A stretch of 26,200 nucleotides of DNA from a virus (Duplodnaviria > Caudoviricetes): IMG/VR virus record IMGVR_UViG_3300037991_000061, positions 1-26,200 of that record, one strand, 5' to 3'. The translations under genes and the position numbers were made by a program. Shown here in pieces: positions 10,080 through 18,595 of this stretch. Each line of letters begins with the position of its first letter. The first letter of the stretch is position 1. Below the pieces are notes generated by a model. It saw only the letters and a list, made by a program, of their open reading frames with translations. It ran no database searches and was not told the origin of the DNA.

Positions 10080-11122
10080 CCCATTAGACCTTTATATAGA
10101 CCTAGTGCAGATATACCTGCACCAAGTGCATCTTGCACGGGGTTTCTACGCTGTAATTGCTGTATGTTTTCGTTAACTCCTGCGGGAAGTCCCCTGAGTA
10201 TTGCAGCTATACGCTCATACTGTTGTTGTGGGAACTCACGCTGACGGATGAAGTCTTCGTAAGCTAGATCAAGACGACCTTGATCCTCAGCCCTGATGTC
10301 ACGACCAACAGTATCAAGTAGCTGTGCACCCTGTATGTCAGCAGCTCGTTGACGCTCACCTAATGTGGCTAAACCTGCGCCGATATTAGCAAACTGTTGA
10401 CCCATGCCACCTAGTTGCTGCGCTGCACCTAGTGCTGCTTGTTCACCTGCAAGTCTTTGACCTATACCAAACTGTCTGTCTGCACGATCAGCCTCAAACT
10501 GACGAGCTGCCTGCTCAAATGCTTGTTGCTGTCCTGTAGCCTGTATCTCACCAAGCTGCCGTTGTAATCCTTCTTGTGCTAAAGCATCAACAACCCCTCT
10601 GCGAGAACCGCCAAACGCACCTGCGCTTACAGCTTCCGCATCTCTCCCTGCTTGAGATCTGGCAAAGTCTCTTCTGGCCTGTTCTTTCTGAACATCCACA
10701 ACGTTCTGCATATACGGAGACATATACTGACTGACCGCACTGCCTGTAAAAGTTGTGGGATCGTATTGACCTGCGGCTCTAAGTCTGCCGACTGCTTGAT
10801 CTGTAAATCCAATACCACGTCCTGAAGCAGCCATTCCTCTCCTGCCTGCCTGCATAGCTTCTGGCATACCTGCAATACCCTGTTGAGCAATGCCTCGTGT
10901 CATAGCGCGACCTGCACCTATGTCTCCATACATAGATGATTCAGCTATTCTTTCCCCAGGATAAGGCTGATATCTAGACCGTCCAGTATACGGATCAAAA
11001 GGCAGCATTGCATCTTCAGCGCCCTGAAGCATTCTACGATAGTACGGATCTGAAAACTCAGGCATACTCACTGTACGTGTAGTGGTATCTGTAGGTATAT
11101 TTTGACCGCCGCCTTTTGCCAT
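10076..11122 (-). CDS. Putative DNA pilot/ejection protein (P22 gp7-like position)
   Basis: 348-aa Gln/Ala/Gly-rich ORF with YMSPYMQNVVD...AGAFGGSRRGV and a C-terminal LGAGISALGLY helix, typical of podovirus ejection proteins. Confidence 0.65.
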   Translation of the reverse strand: MAKGGGQNIPTDTTTRTVSMPEFSDPYYRRMLQGAEDAMLPFDPYTGRSRYQPYPGERIAESSMYGDIGAGRAMTRGIAQQGIAGMPEAMQAGRRGMAASGRGIGFTDQAVGRLRAAGQYDPTTFTGSAVSQYMSPYMQNVVDVQKEQARRDFARSQAGRDAEAVSAGAFGGSRRGVVDALAQEGLQRQLGEIQATGQQQAFEQAARQFEADRADRQFGIGQRLAGEQAALGAAQQLGGMGQQFANIGAGLATLGERQRAADIQGAQLLDTVGRDIRAEDQGRLDLAYEDFIRQREFPQQQYERIAAILRGLPAGVNENIQQLQRRNPVQDALGAGISALGLYKGLMG

Positions 11123-11123
11123 T

Positions 11124-11537
11124 TTACAACTCCATTCGGTAAGCTATGTATTCAGGATAAAATCCGTATTTTTTCAAAGCTCTACCCCAACCTTTTCTTC
11201 CATAGCCCTCTAGATGACTACATCCTAACTCATTTCCGTAACGCTTCATAGTGTCAATCAACTGATCTTCCCACTCTTTCATCTGCGTTCCGCCTACCCA
11301 ATCTAATGCCAGTGCTCTACGTCTAGGATATTGTATTAGTCTTGTGGTAAATGCAGCTATTATCTTATCATCTTCATTCATCACAACCCAAAGAGCATAC
11401 ATGCCTTCATAAACCCCAGTTAATATATCAATCACCTCTGATTTATCTTTGACTGTATCTACTGCTCTTTTTAATATCCCATCAACGTCCTTCCATACAC
11501 TGCCAATTGCCTCTTGAGGCACTAAGCTAACTCTCAA
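11124..11537 (-). CDS. Small GNAT-fold-like virion assembly protein (P22 gp14 / T7 gp13-like position)
   Basis: 137-aa ORF with a TTG start directly after the upstream TAA. Alternating beta/alpha pattern and GCSHLEGYGRKGWGRALKKYGF resemble the GNAT C-terminal motif. Synteny before ejection genes supports the call. Confidence 0.55.
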   Translation of the reverse strand: MRVSLVPQEAIGSVWKDVDGILKRAVDTVKDKSEVIDILTGVYEGMYALWVVMNEDDKIIAAFTTRLIQYPRRRALALDWVGGTQMKEWEDQLIDTMKRYGNELGCSHLEGYGRKGWGRALKKYGFYPEYIAYRMEL

Positions 11538-12656
11538 TTATCCCACCATTTGTTCAAGTTTCTCAGGAGCATCCTCTTCAGCACGATTAATAATATCAAG
11601 GAAGCCACCACCATATGCCTTCTCCAGAGCATCAGTAGTGTTCTTCCTCAGCACAAACTCCCCATCAGACAGAAGAACATCTTGCTCTCCTTCAAGTGTT
11701 GCAGGAACCATGTCATCAACTCCAGAACCATCTCCTGGGCCTCTCACCATTCCTTTATCACCCTCTGCAAAACGAGCCACAGTATCATCTAACTCACCCG
11801 ACTGCACTCGCCCGACAAGATCACGTAATGCGTCCTCGCCGTACTTCTGAACAAACATAGCTAATACTATCTCTGGTTGATCAGACATTCCTTTAATTGC
11901 TTTTATAGCCTCGACAATAACATCCTTCTCATTCATGCCATTGTCTTCCATCATTTCATCGACCTCTACTTCGCCACCTTCTGCATAATAATATGGGTAC
12001 TTAGGTGTGCTGCCATCTGCTCTAGGTCTTCTTTGATACTGAAAATAAAGACCTTCCCCAGGGCTTCCCGCGTAAGGATTGGGATTAAAAGTTCTTACCA
12101 TTGGGTTTGGCATAGGTGGTCTTGTTTCTTTATCCTCGTCATCGTCATCATCTTTTGCTGCACGATTCTCAATCATCTGCATATCTGCCATAGATTGACC
12201 AAGCATAGCAGGCATGAAGGCTTGTTGCCCTGCTGTGAATGCACCACCCTTAGTACCAGTGCCAAACGGCATTGCTGCATTTGCAGTCTCTGTGCCAAGA
12301 AATTTAGTCGCTAGATCAGATGCACCACCACTAACAACAGAGGTTGCTGATGGGCTTGGTTGGAAAGCAGCTTGTAAAAACCCACCCTGCGGTGCTGCTG
12401 CGGCAGGTGCTCCTTGAGCTGCTGCTGCTGCCGCTCCACTTGTAGATCCAGACAGACCACCCAGTATTTTACCACCAAGGAAAGAGGTCATACCTGTTTG
12501 TATGCCTTTGCCTATGTCACCTGTCTGAACAAATGACCCTAATCCTGCTCCTATTCCTGCTAATGCAGGCACTGACATCGCCCCAAGGGTAGCCCCAAGC
12601 GCACCTGTGCCTGCTAATGCAGGTAGACCAACGCTAAATAGTAGAGGAAGAACCAT
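11538..12656 (-). CDS. Putative internal virion protein with Gly/Ala-rich hydrophobic N-terminus
   Basis: 372-aa ORF, RBS GGAGA 5 nt upstream. Gly-zipper-like N-terminus, YAEGG and FAEGD motifs, and C-terminal GMVRGPGDG...DMVPATL...LSDGEFVL module seen in phage virion proteins. Confidence 0.6.
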   Translation of the reverse strand: MVLPLLFSVGLPALAGTGALGATLGAMSVPALAGIGAGLGSFVQTGDIGKGIQTGMTSFLGGKILGGLSGSTSGAAAAAAQGAPAAAAPQGGFLQAAFQPSPSATSVVSGGASDLATKFLGTETANAAMPFGTGTKGGAFTAGQQAFMPAMLGQSMADMQMIENRAAKDDDDDEDKETRPPMPNPMVRTFNPNPYAGSPGEGLYFQYQRRPRADGSTPKYPYYYAEGGEVEVDEMMEDNGMNEKDVIVEAIKAIKGMSDQPEIVLAMFVQKYGEDALRDLVGRVQSGELDDTVARFAEGDKGMVRGPGDGSGVDDMVPATLEGEQDVLLSDGEFVLRKNTTDALEKAYGGGFLDIINRAEEDAPEKLEQMVG

Positions 12657-12667
12657 CTAAATCTCCA

Positions 12668-12685
12668 AAAGTTCTATTGAACTTT
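12668..12685. promoter_or_regulatory. Inverted repeat AAAGTTC-TATT-GAACTTT (one-mismatch copy of recurring palindrome), candidate operator
   Basis: Read directly in the largest intergenic gap. It overlaps the putative -10 box and abuts the RBS of the 372-aa gene. Confidence 0.6.
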
Positions 12686-12709
12686 AACATCAAAAGTCCA
12701 AACTATCAA
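12681..12709 (-). promoter_or_regulatory. Putative sigma70-type promoter for the internal-protein genes
   Basis: Minus strand: TTGATA (12709-12704), 17-nt spacer ending in TGT (extended -10 TGn), then TAAAGT (12686-12681). Confidence 0.45.
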
Positions 12710-13318
12710 TTATGTTAACCATTCATATATCTTTTTAGTCTCTTCTTTACGGTGTTTTAACCCGTTGTATCCACCGTTAATACGTTTTGTTATGCGTTTG
12801 ATCGTGTCATCATTGACACCTTCATCACAAATTTCCCACAAATCATTTCTCTTAAAGAACCAAATGGCACTCTCCATCGGGTACTTTGTAGCCACAAGAT
12901 CAGGGTCTTTCATAATATCTGGCAGGTTCATATCATTTGCAAACATAGCGTAATTTTCTTTGAACGTGCATTGCAGAAATCCGCGACCACGCCATAGATA
13001 CCCCTGTCCTTCATTTCCGTAACGATGTCCGTAAACACGATCAGCTAAAGCCTGTGGATTGCGAGCACAGCTCTCAGCTTCGCCTTCTGTTTTAAAGTAT
13101 TTACCAAAAACTCTAAGGATAGCTTCTTTAGAATAGTTTAGATTTTCTTCTACATACCTAAACGTGCCGCTCTCATGCACAAGCTGCCCAAGAAAATGAG
13201 CACCGCGCTCTGGGTTTAGCACATAATGATCGCATATCTTCTTTGCAGTATTAGGGCCAAACGCACCATCAGGTGTGGCTCCTATCTTTTCCTGTAATGC
13301 TTTTAATGGTTCACTCAT
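12710..13318 (-). CDS. Endolysin, glycoside hydrolase family 19, with short N-terminal peptidoglycan-binding motif
   Basis: HFLGQLVHESG, ENLNYS, WRGRGFLQCT..ENY and ITKRINGGYNGL are GH19 phage lysin motifs. N-terminal LQEKIGATPDGAFGPNT resembles PG_binding_1. Confidence 0.9.
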   Translation of the reverse strand: MSEPLKALQEKIGATPDGAFGPNTAKKICDHYVLNPERGAHFLGQLVHESGTFRYVEENLNYSKEAILRVFGKYFKTEGEAESCARNPQALADRVYGHRYGNEGQGYLWRGRGFLQCTFKENYAMFANDMNLPDIMKDPDLVATKYPMESAIWFFKRNDLWEICDEGVNDDTIKRITKRINGGYNGLKHRKEETKKIYEWLT

Positions 13319-13712
13319 CTGGAGCTTTCCTTCTATCTCTCAAGGTCTGCAAGTCCTTTTCTTTCTTGCCGCCATCGTACTCCCAAGCGTAACCTTGCTC
13401 TATCATTACTTCGTTTATAGAATACTTTGACTCTTGATCTTTATAAAACCAACCAAGCATTCTGCCATACTTGCCTTCTTTTTCTGTCCTGACTATCAGC
13501 TTATCAGCACCCTCAAGCATACCTGTAAGATGATCTTTTGCTTCAAGACCCATAGCTTTTTCTTCTAAGTCTCTTGTTCTGCTTTCTGGAGTGTCTATTC
13601 CTGCAAGCCTTACCCGTTCCTTCTTCGTTAAATCAAAGCCAAGATCAATGATCACGTCTACCGTATCACCATCTACAACCCTATCTATTGAAGAAACAAA
13701 GTAAGTATACAT
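13311..13712 (-). CDS. Thermonuclease (staphylococcal nuclease-like, SNase fold)
   Basis: VVDGDT, RVRLAGIDTPE, KYGRMLG and INEVMIEQGYA; catalytic Asp/Arg/Glu residues present; no signal peptide visible. Confidence 0.9.
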   Translation of the reverse strand: MYTYFVSSIDRVVDGDTVDVIIDLGFDLTKKERVRLAGIDTPESRTRDLEEKAMGLEAKDHLTGMLEGADKLIVRTEKEGKYGRMLGWFYKDQESKYSINEVMIEQGYAWEYDGGKKEKDLQTLRDRRKAPDE

Positions 13713-13978
13713 TACTCTACAATCTCCTTCGTGCCACAGACACGCTCATACACCATATCAGACGTGTAGCTTTCAGCCCACTTGTTCTCTGTGAAAGTAC
13801 AGAAGTGCCACAAATCATTTACGTCATCGCTAATAACTTCAATAACATCCTGCTGTGCAGATACCGTTCCCTGTAAATGTTCGATGTCGTGAACCAATCC
13901 ACTTATGTACCAGACCAACGCTACCAACTGCACAGCCATAGCAAAAACAAGAGCAACAGGTATTTTTAGATCTGTCAT
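13712..13978 (-). CDS. Small membrane protein (N-terminal TM helix plus short coiled coil, two Cys), lysis-cassette associated
   Basis: 88-aa ORF; IPVALVFAMAVQLVALVWYI hydrophobic helix; TAATG overlaps at both ends. Confidence 0.6.
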   Translation of the reverse strand: MTDLKIPVALVFAMAVQLVALVWYISGLVHDIEHLQGTVSAQQDVIEVISDDVNDLWHFCTFTENKWAESYTSDMVYERVCGTKEIVE

Positions 13979-14361
13979 TATTTCCTCTTAAAGAATGCTG
14001 TTGCCCCACGTATTCCAAAAGATGCTGAAATTGCTAAACCTAAGCTGTAAAAATACCAGTCTGGGGCTTTCGAGAGTTGTTCAAAACCACGATCAACCCA
14101 ACCCTCTGCACCTGGAATCCAACATAAAATTAATGGAATACTTAAAATTACCACAAACCATTCATCCTTCCAACTCGACCTTGAGCCTTGAGCCATAATG
14201 CGCTCCCAGTCTGCGACTGATGTTTCTTTTGAGAGCATTATTTTCGCTTTCGCTTCCGCCTCTGTTAGCTTGAGCTTTGCATTTGCAGCATTTGCGTCTG
14301 CTTTACCTTTGAGCCAACCGCCTGCAAGTTCGGCTATTGGCCCTATCATTTGAGCAATCAT
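13978..14361 (-). CDS. Holin-like membrane protein (3TM-holin type)
   Basis: 127 aa; amphipathic N-terminus, SSWKDEWFVVILSIPLIL, PDWYFYSLGLAISASFGIRG and a basic C-terminus; near the endolysin. Confidence 0.65.
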   Translation of the reverse strand: MIAQMIGPIAELAGGWLKGKADANAANAKLKLTEAEAKAKIMLSKETSVADWERIMAQGSRSSWKDEWFVVILSIPLILCWIPGAEGWVDRGFEQLSKAPDWYFYSLGLAISASFGIRGATAFFKRK

Positions 14362-14576
14362 GACTGACCACCTCTATCGGTTTTTGCTTCTTTGTTCATC
14401 CAAATGCCAAAACAACCAGTGAGCGCACCCATACATACAGACACCAGACCTGCCTGACCATTTGTTGGATCGGGCAAAGACATGTACCAATGTACACTTT
14501 GATACGTTAAGATCGTAACGACTAGCATCATTAATCTAGGAAAGACTTTGTAGTCATCGATTATTGTAGCAGGCAT
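14358..14576 (-). CDS. Small two-TM membrane protein (holin/antiholin-like)
   Basis: 72 aa; FPRLMMLVVTILTY and AGLVSVCMGALTGCFGIW hydrophobic segments; coupled by TAATG and ATGA overlaps. Confidence 0.6.
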   Translation of the reverse strand: MPATIIDDYKVFPRLMMLVVTILTYQSVHWYMSLPDPTNGQAGLVSVCMGALTGCFGIWMNKEAKTDRGGQS

Positions 14577-16150
14577 TAGAACATTCCCATCATTCCACTA
14601 CCCATTAAAGAAGCTATACCAGTTCCCATAGCTTTAGCTTGATCTTGTGATAGGGGTCTAGCTGCACCTTTTCCTGGGCCAGTAGGGATTCCGCTTGTTG
14701 GAAACATATTTCTATCTACGTGAGGTTGCGTCACAGGCGTTGCGCTATCTCTGACCATGTTTTTAAAATAATCAAACTGACTCTGACCAGAAGACTGAGG
14801 ATAAGGTGAGTTATAATTCGGAACATTAAAGTTACTTCCCATGTTCATGATTTCAGCACGTTCTCTTGCGCTCATCATTTCTATAGGTCTTGCTCTAGTT
14901 CTCTGCATACCACCAAGTATGTCATAGTTTCTAGCGGCATGCATGAATGCAGGACTCATATTTGGAGTCATGGCATTTCTAGCTGCTGCCATATAGTATG
15001 GAACTTGGCCTGCACCTTGCTGAGATTCATACGCCATAAGAGCAGGACTATAGCCAAAGCCACCTAGTCCACCACCCATTCCTGGATACTGAGGGCCAGT
15101 TGGGAATCGATCATAATAATCCTCAATTATTTCTGGTGGCATATCTGTTGGACGGCGATCTGGATCTACCTCTTCTGTAGGTCTAGGAGGCACTACTTGA
15201 TCTTCTCCGCCACCTTTTCTTCTTTTTCTTCTGCGTTTAAAATCATCAACTGAAGGTTTTCTGGGGCCTCCAGATCCTGGGATAACAAACCCTAATTCGC
15301 CTCTCATAAGGTTACGAATGCCACTCATGAACTGTTGGCCTAGAGTACTTCTGTTCTTATCTCCTGCAACATTACGATAGCCTGCGCCAAGAAGTGACTG
15401 AGCTGCTTGTTTATTAGCTGCTGCGTTCCTAGCTGCTGCTGATGCTGATGCCCTCCTTCTTTGATTTCCTAATCTCTGAGCTTCTCTTCTAGCTATGTTA
15501 GCCTGTGCAGCTAGTCTTCTTTCTGACAAAGGTGCTGTTGAAGTTCTTGCAGGAGTCTGGTTTGCAGACATCATACGGCTTGCAGCCGCAGCCCTTGCAT
15601 TTCTTACGCTTGGCCTATTAGCGTCTCTTCTTCTTGCTGCTGCTGATGCCGCCGCTCTTTGTGAAGCACGTCTTCTGGCTGCTGCCGCAGATCCCGCCCT
15701 TCTAGATGTTGCTCGTGAGGCAGCCGTTGCAGCTCTTCTGGATCTTGAGGCCGCTGCTGCTCCTGCTCTTCTGGACGTTGCTCGTGAAGCTCCTGCCCTC
15801 TGTGCGCTACGTGCTCGTGAAGCTGCCGCTGACCCCGCTCTTCTTGCGGTAGCTCTTGATGCTCCTGCTCTTTGTGCATCTCTTCTTCTAGCCGCTGCTG
15901 CTGCACCTGATCTCCTAGATGTTGCTCTTGACGCAGATGTAGCCGCTCTTCTAGAACGAGAAGCTGCTGCTGCACCTGATCTCCTTGCAGTTGATCTTCT
16001 TGCCGCTGCCGCTCTTGATCTGGCTCTGGAGGCTGCTCTTGCTCTATTTCTAGCTGCGCTTGACCTAGCTCTATTTCTACCTCTGCTAGTTGCGCTACTT
16101 CTACCTCTGCTTGTTGCTCTTGATCTTCCTGATCTACTTCTAGGTGGCAT
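14576..16150 (-). CDS. Protamine-like Arg/Ala/Ser-rich repeat protein with Met/Pro/Gly/Tyr-rich disordered C-terminal half
   Basis: 524-aa ORF with TAATG overlaps at both ends. By hand count, residues 1-169 contain 49 Arg, no Lys and one acidic residue. A KRRRKRRK patch lies mid-protein. Confidence 0.8.
   Translation of the reverse strand: MPPRSRSGRSRATSRGRSSATSRGRNRARSSAARNRARAASRARSRAAAARRSTARRSGAAAASRSRRAATSASRATSRRSGAAAAARRRDAQRAGASRATARRAGSAAASRARSAQRAGASRATSRRAGAAAASRSRRAATAASRATSRRAGSAAAARRRASQRAAASAAARRRDANRPSVRNARAAAASRMMSANQTPARTSTAPLSERRLAAQANIARREAQRLGNQRRRASASAAARNAAANKQAAQSLLGAGYRNVAGDKNRSTLGQQFMSGIRNLMRGELGFVIPGSGGPRKPSVDDFKRRRKRRKGGGEDQVVPPRPTEEVDPDRRPTDMPPEIIEDYYDRFPTGPQYPGMGGGLGGFGYSPALMAYESQQGAGQVPYYMAAARNAMTPNMSPAFMHAARNYDILGGMQRTRARPIEMMSARERAEIMNMGSNFNVPNYNSPYPQSSGQSQFDYFKNMVRDSATPVTQPHVDRNMFPTSGIPTGPGKGAARPLSQDQAKAMGTGIASLMGSGMMGMF
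15644..15997 (-). repeat. Five tandem 23-24-aa (69-72 bp) coding repeats, consensus RAT(S/A)RR(A/S)G(A/S)AAA(S/A)RxRxAxxAxAS
   Basis: Residues 52-169 align as five units. DNA copies differ at synonymous sites (RATSRR is encoded with different codons). Confidence 0.85.
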
Positions 16151-16377
16151 TATGCTTCTCCTGATATAGCTTCTGGGGCAGTTACGGTAATAGCCGTGTG
16201 CCGTTTAGTTTCTGCCGTCCAAGACTCTCCGCAATCTGGACAATTTCCATCTGGGTATGTAGCAACTTCTTCTGGTGTATCCACTAAGTTGTCGCAATTA
16301 TGGCACTGTATAGTGTCCACAGATGATGAAGGTCTCCACTTAGACCCGTTGCTCATTGTAAGAATTGTATCACTCAT
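16150..16377 (-). CDS. Small zinc-ribbon protein
   Basis: 75 aa with CHNC and CPDC pairs; ATGA and TAATG overlaps. Confidence 0.7.
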   Translation of the reverse strand: MSDTILTMSNGSKWRPSSSVDTIQCHNCDNLVDTPEEVATYPDGNCPDCGESWTAETKRHTAITVTAPEAISGEA

Positions 16378-16670
16378 GTCGTTGTCACCGTTACTGTTCC
16401 TACCGCACCTGTCGCCCCAGAACCACGAACATGCGGTTTATCGATTAATGCTATCTTAACAAATCCGTCCTGTTGAAACAATGCTCCATTTTCTAAACCT
16501 GAATCATCGGTTTGTAGGTCTGTTAAGGTAAGCTTTGTTGCCCTTTCTTCGCCTGGGTTTTGTTGCTGTTCCATATATACAGCAAAACTTCTTGTCAGGT
16601 TAGCAAAATATTGCTGATCATATTGAGTTGGTGGTACAGCAAAGAAAGGAAGAATTAAATTTCTGGACAC
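16374..16670 (-). CDS. Small tail-associated protein (P22 gp26-like position), function uncertain
   Basis: 98 aa; GTG start overlapping the upstream TAG, GGAGG RBS; PPTQYDQQYF helix followed by a beta-rich tail. Confidence 0.6.
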   Translation of the reverse strand: MSRNLILPFFAVPPTQYDQQYFANLTRSFAVYMEQQQNPGEERATKLTLTDLQTDDSGLENGALFQQDGFVKIALIDKPHVRGSGATGAVGTVTVTTT

Positions 16671-18580
16671 TACCTCCTCCCATCAGGGCGTATATCAAGC
16701 CTTGGAGAACCTAACCTCCAACCAACTCCAGAAGCTGTAGACTCAATACGCATTGCAAAACTACGTCCACGCAATCTTAAATGAACTTGATCTGTAAACT
16801 GCTCTACAGGCACAGATGCAGACTTTGTTATTGCGCTAGATGTAGTATGTAAGTAATTACCACCAGGAAAGTTTCTGGTTTTTACTGTTAAATTAGCAGA
16901 TGGACTTCCCGCTGTAGATCCTCGAAATGTTAGATCAGGTATCATGCGTTTTATAAAAGCAAACTGTTCTCCATCTCCTATGTCCATTTGGCTTGATTCA
17001 ATATATGCAGTAAATGCAGACCCATCGTCATCAAATCCAGACTCTTGAGTGTAGAGATAGTTGTTTGGCCCTGCTGCAATAGGGTTGTCGAAGATACCAC
17101 GATCCATCCAATAGCTTCTTGCAAGTGTGCCATAATACCAAACCTGTTGTTCGTAGTTATAAACTACATACCTATCGTTAGTGTCACTAGATCCAGAAGG
17201 ATAAAACCACCATATCTCAGAGAATGCTGTATTAGTTGCAGCCACAACCTTTTCTCTTTGCAGAAGATTGAAGTCATCAAAAACAAAGTCTCGAACCGTA
17301 CATGGTAAACGCTGCACTGTACCGCCATAAGAATAGAACTCTTTTAGACCCATCCAGAACACGTTGTCTTCTACAGCTACAGCAGATAACGGCCCCATTA
17401 TTGTAGTGTTTTCTGATACTAGGTTTACACCAAATGTAAACGGTGGCCCTAAGAACTGCATGGCGTAGAGAGACTCGTCTGTGTAAACAAGTATTTGCTG
17501 TCTTGTTTCTACGGCTGCAATGATCTCAGATCCAGAGCCTATTTTAAGTTCTCCTGCCGTATTGTCTGGTCTTGTTGCCCACTCAGTCAAAGACTCTTGA
17601 GATGAGAAACGTATTAACAAAGGATCTTGCACCCCAGGATTTAGTTCTGAATCACAGCCAAATGCTATGATATGCCTATCCCTATCAGATACCATAATCT
17701 GTTTAGCTATAGTCGGTGCACTTGCAGATCCTGCAAGCGAATCTAAGCTGACGGCTCTAGTGGTAAAACCACCTGTCTTATCCCAATAGTATATGCCGCC
17801 ATTACGCACGTTAATAAGAAGATCTTCGCCAAAGTTGTCATGTGACCAGATACGCAAAGTGTTTGTAACAATCGGTGTGGTAGCTGCCTGACCCCAACCA
17901 TTACGTCCCCATGTACCTACACCCCAACCTGCACCTGTTGCAGTCGTATCTAGCCCAACACTTACCTGATAAGTTCCCACTGTAGAACTGCCGCCGTTTC
18001 CTGAGTCTGACCCACTTGCGTTAACAAGAGAAGGGGCTAAGGCTCCATTTACAGTTATACTAGCTATAGTTGTACCTGCGGCACGAGCAGCAATCTTGTA
18101 GCTGTCAGCGTTTATAATTTCAGTAATATAATATTCTTGGTTCAACACTGCTGCGGTTATGTTGCCGCCAAGACTTGCAGCTCCACTAAATGTTACAAAA
18201 TCATTAACCACTGCGCCGTGCGATGTATCTGTTACGGTAATTACTGATGAGCCATTGGTTGCAGAAAAGGTTACATCTCCTGCTGATGTTGTGCTTCTTA
18301 TAGGAGTAACGTCATTAAACAGCCCACTATCTTGGTTGATATAGTATTTAAGGGCTGTGCCAATACCTATTAATCGACTGTTGTCTAACCCAACCCAAGG
18401 GTGCATTGCCCTTGCTGTACCCAAGTATGATGCAGGCGTAAACTTCTGCCACCCACCAATTTTTTCAGGCATACCAAAGCGAAAACGTACCTTGTCTACA
18501 TCAAACCAACCGCCCTCGTTAGTGTAAGAGGTAGTCTCTCGATTGACACCTGGGCGGAACTGAAGTTTTTGTAATGGCAT
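16670..18580 (-). CDS. Tail hub / DNA stabilisation protein (P22 gp10-like beta-propeller) with inserted beta-rich domain
   Basis: 636 aa; MPLQKLQFRPGVNRE...W.D.DKVRFR.G.PEKIGGW, DPLLIRFSSQE, FWMG...FYSYGG.VQRLPC.V, EIWWFYPS and RLRGRSF. RBS AGGA upstream. Confidence 0.75.
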   Translation of the reverse strand: MPLQKLQFRPGVNRETTSYTNEGGWFDVDKVRFRFGMPEKIGGWQKFTPASYLGTARAMHPWVGLDNSRLIGIGTALKYYINQDSGLFNDVTPIRSTTSAGDVTFSATNGSSVITVTDTSHGAVVNDFVTFSGAASLGGNITAAVLNQEYYITEIINADSYKIAARAAGTTIASITVNGALAPSLVNASGSDSGNGGSSTVGTYQVSVGLDTTATGAGWGVGTWGRNGWGQAATTPIVTNTLRIWSHDNFGEDLLINVRNGGIYYWDKTGGFTTRAVSLDSLAGSASAPTIAKQIMVSDRDRHIIAFGCDSELNPGVQDPLLIRFSSQESLTEWATRPDNTAGELKIGSGSEIIAAVETRQQILVYTDESLYAMQFLGPPFTFGVNLVSENTTIMGPLSAVAVEDNVFWMGLKEFYSYGGTVQRLPCTVRDFVFDDFNLLQREKVVAATNTAFSEIWWFYPSGSSDTNDRYVVYNYEQQVWYYGTLARSYWMDRGIFDNPIAAGPNNYLYTQESGFDDDGSAFTAYIESSQMDIGDGEQFAFIKRMIPDLTFRGSTAGSPSANLTVKTRNFPGGNYLHTTSSAITKSASVPVEQFTDQVHLRLRGRSFAMRIESTASGVGWRLGSPRLDIRPDGRR

Positions 18581-18595
18581 TCCGTTATCCTAATT

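Noticed and set aside
15644-15997. Possible CRISPR or non-coding tandem array
   Set aside because: Units are in-frame multiples of 3, diverge synonymously and have no repeat-spacer structure.
15495-16169. 224-aa plus-strand Ala/Leu-rich ORF and 123-aa alternative-frame Gln/Glu-rich ORF (15604-15975)
   Set aside because: Shadows of the low-complexity Arg/Ala/Ser repeat. The 524-aa minus ORF is the one coupled by TAATG overlaps at both ends.
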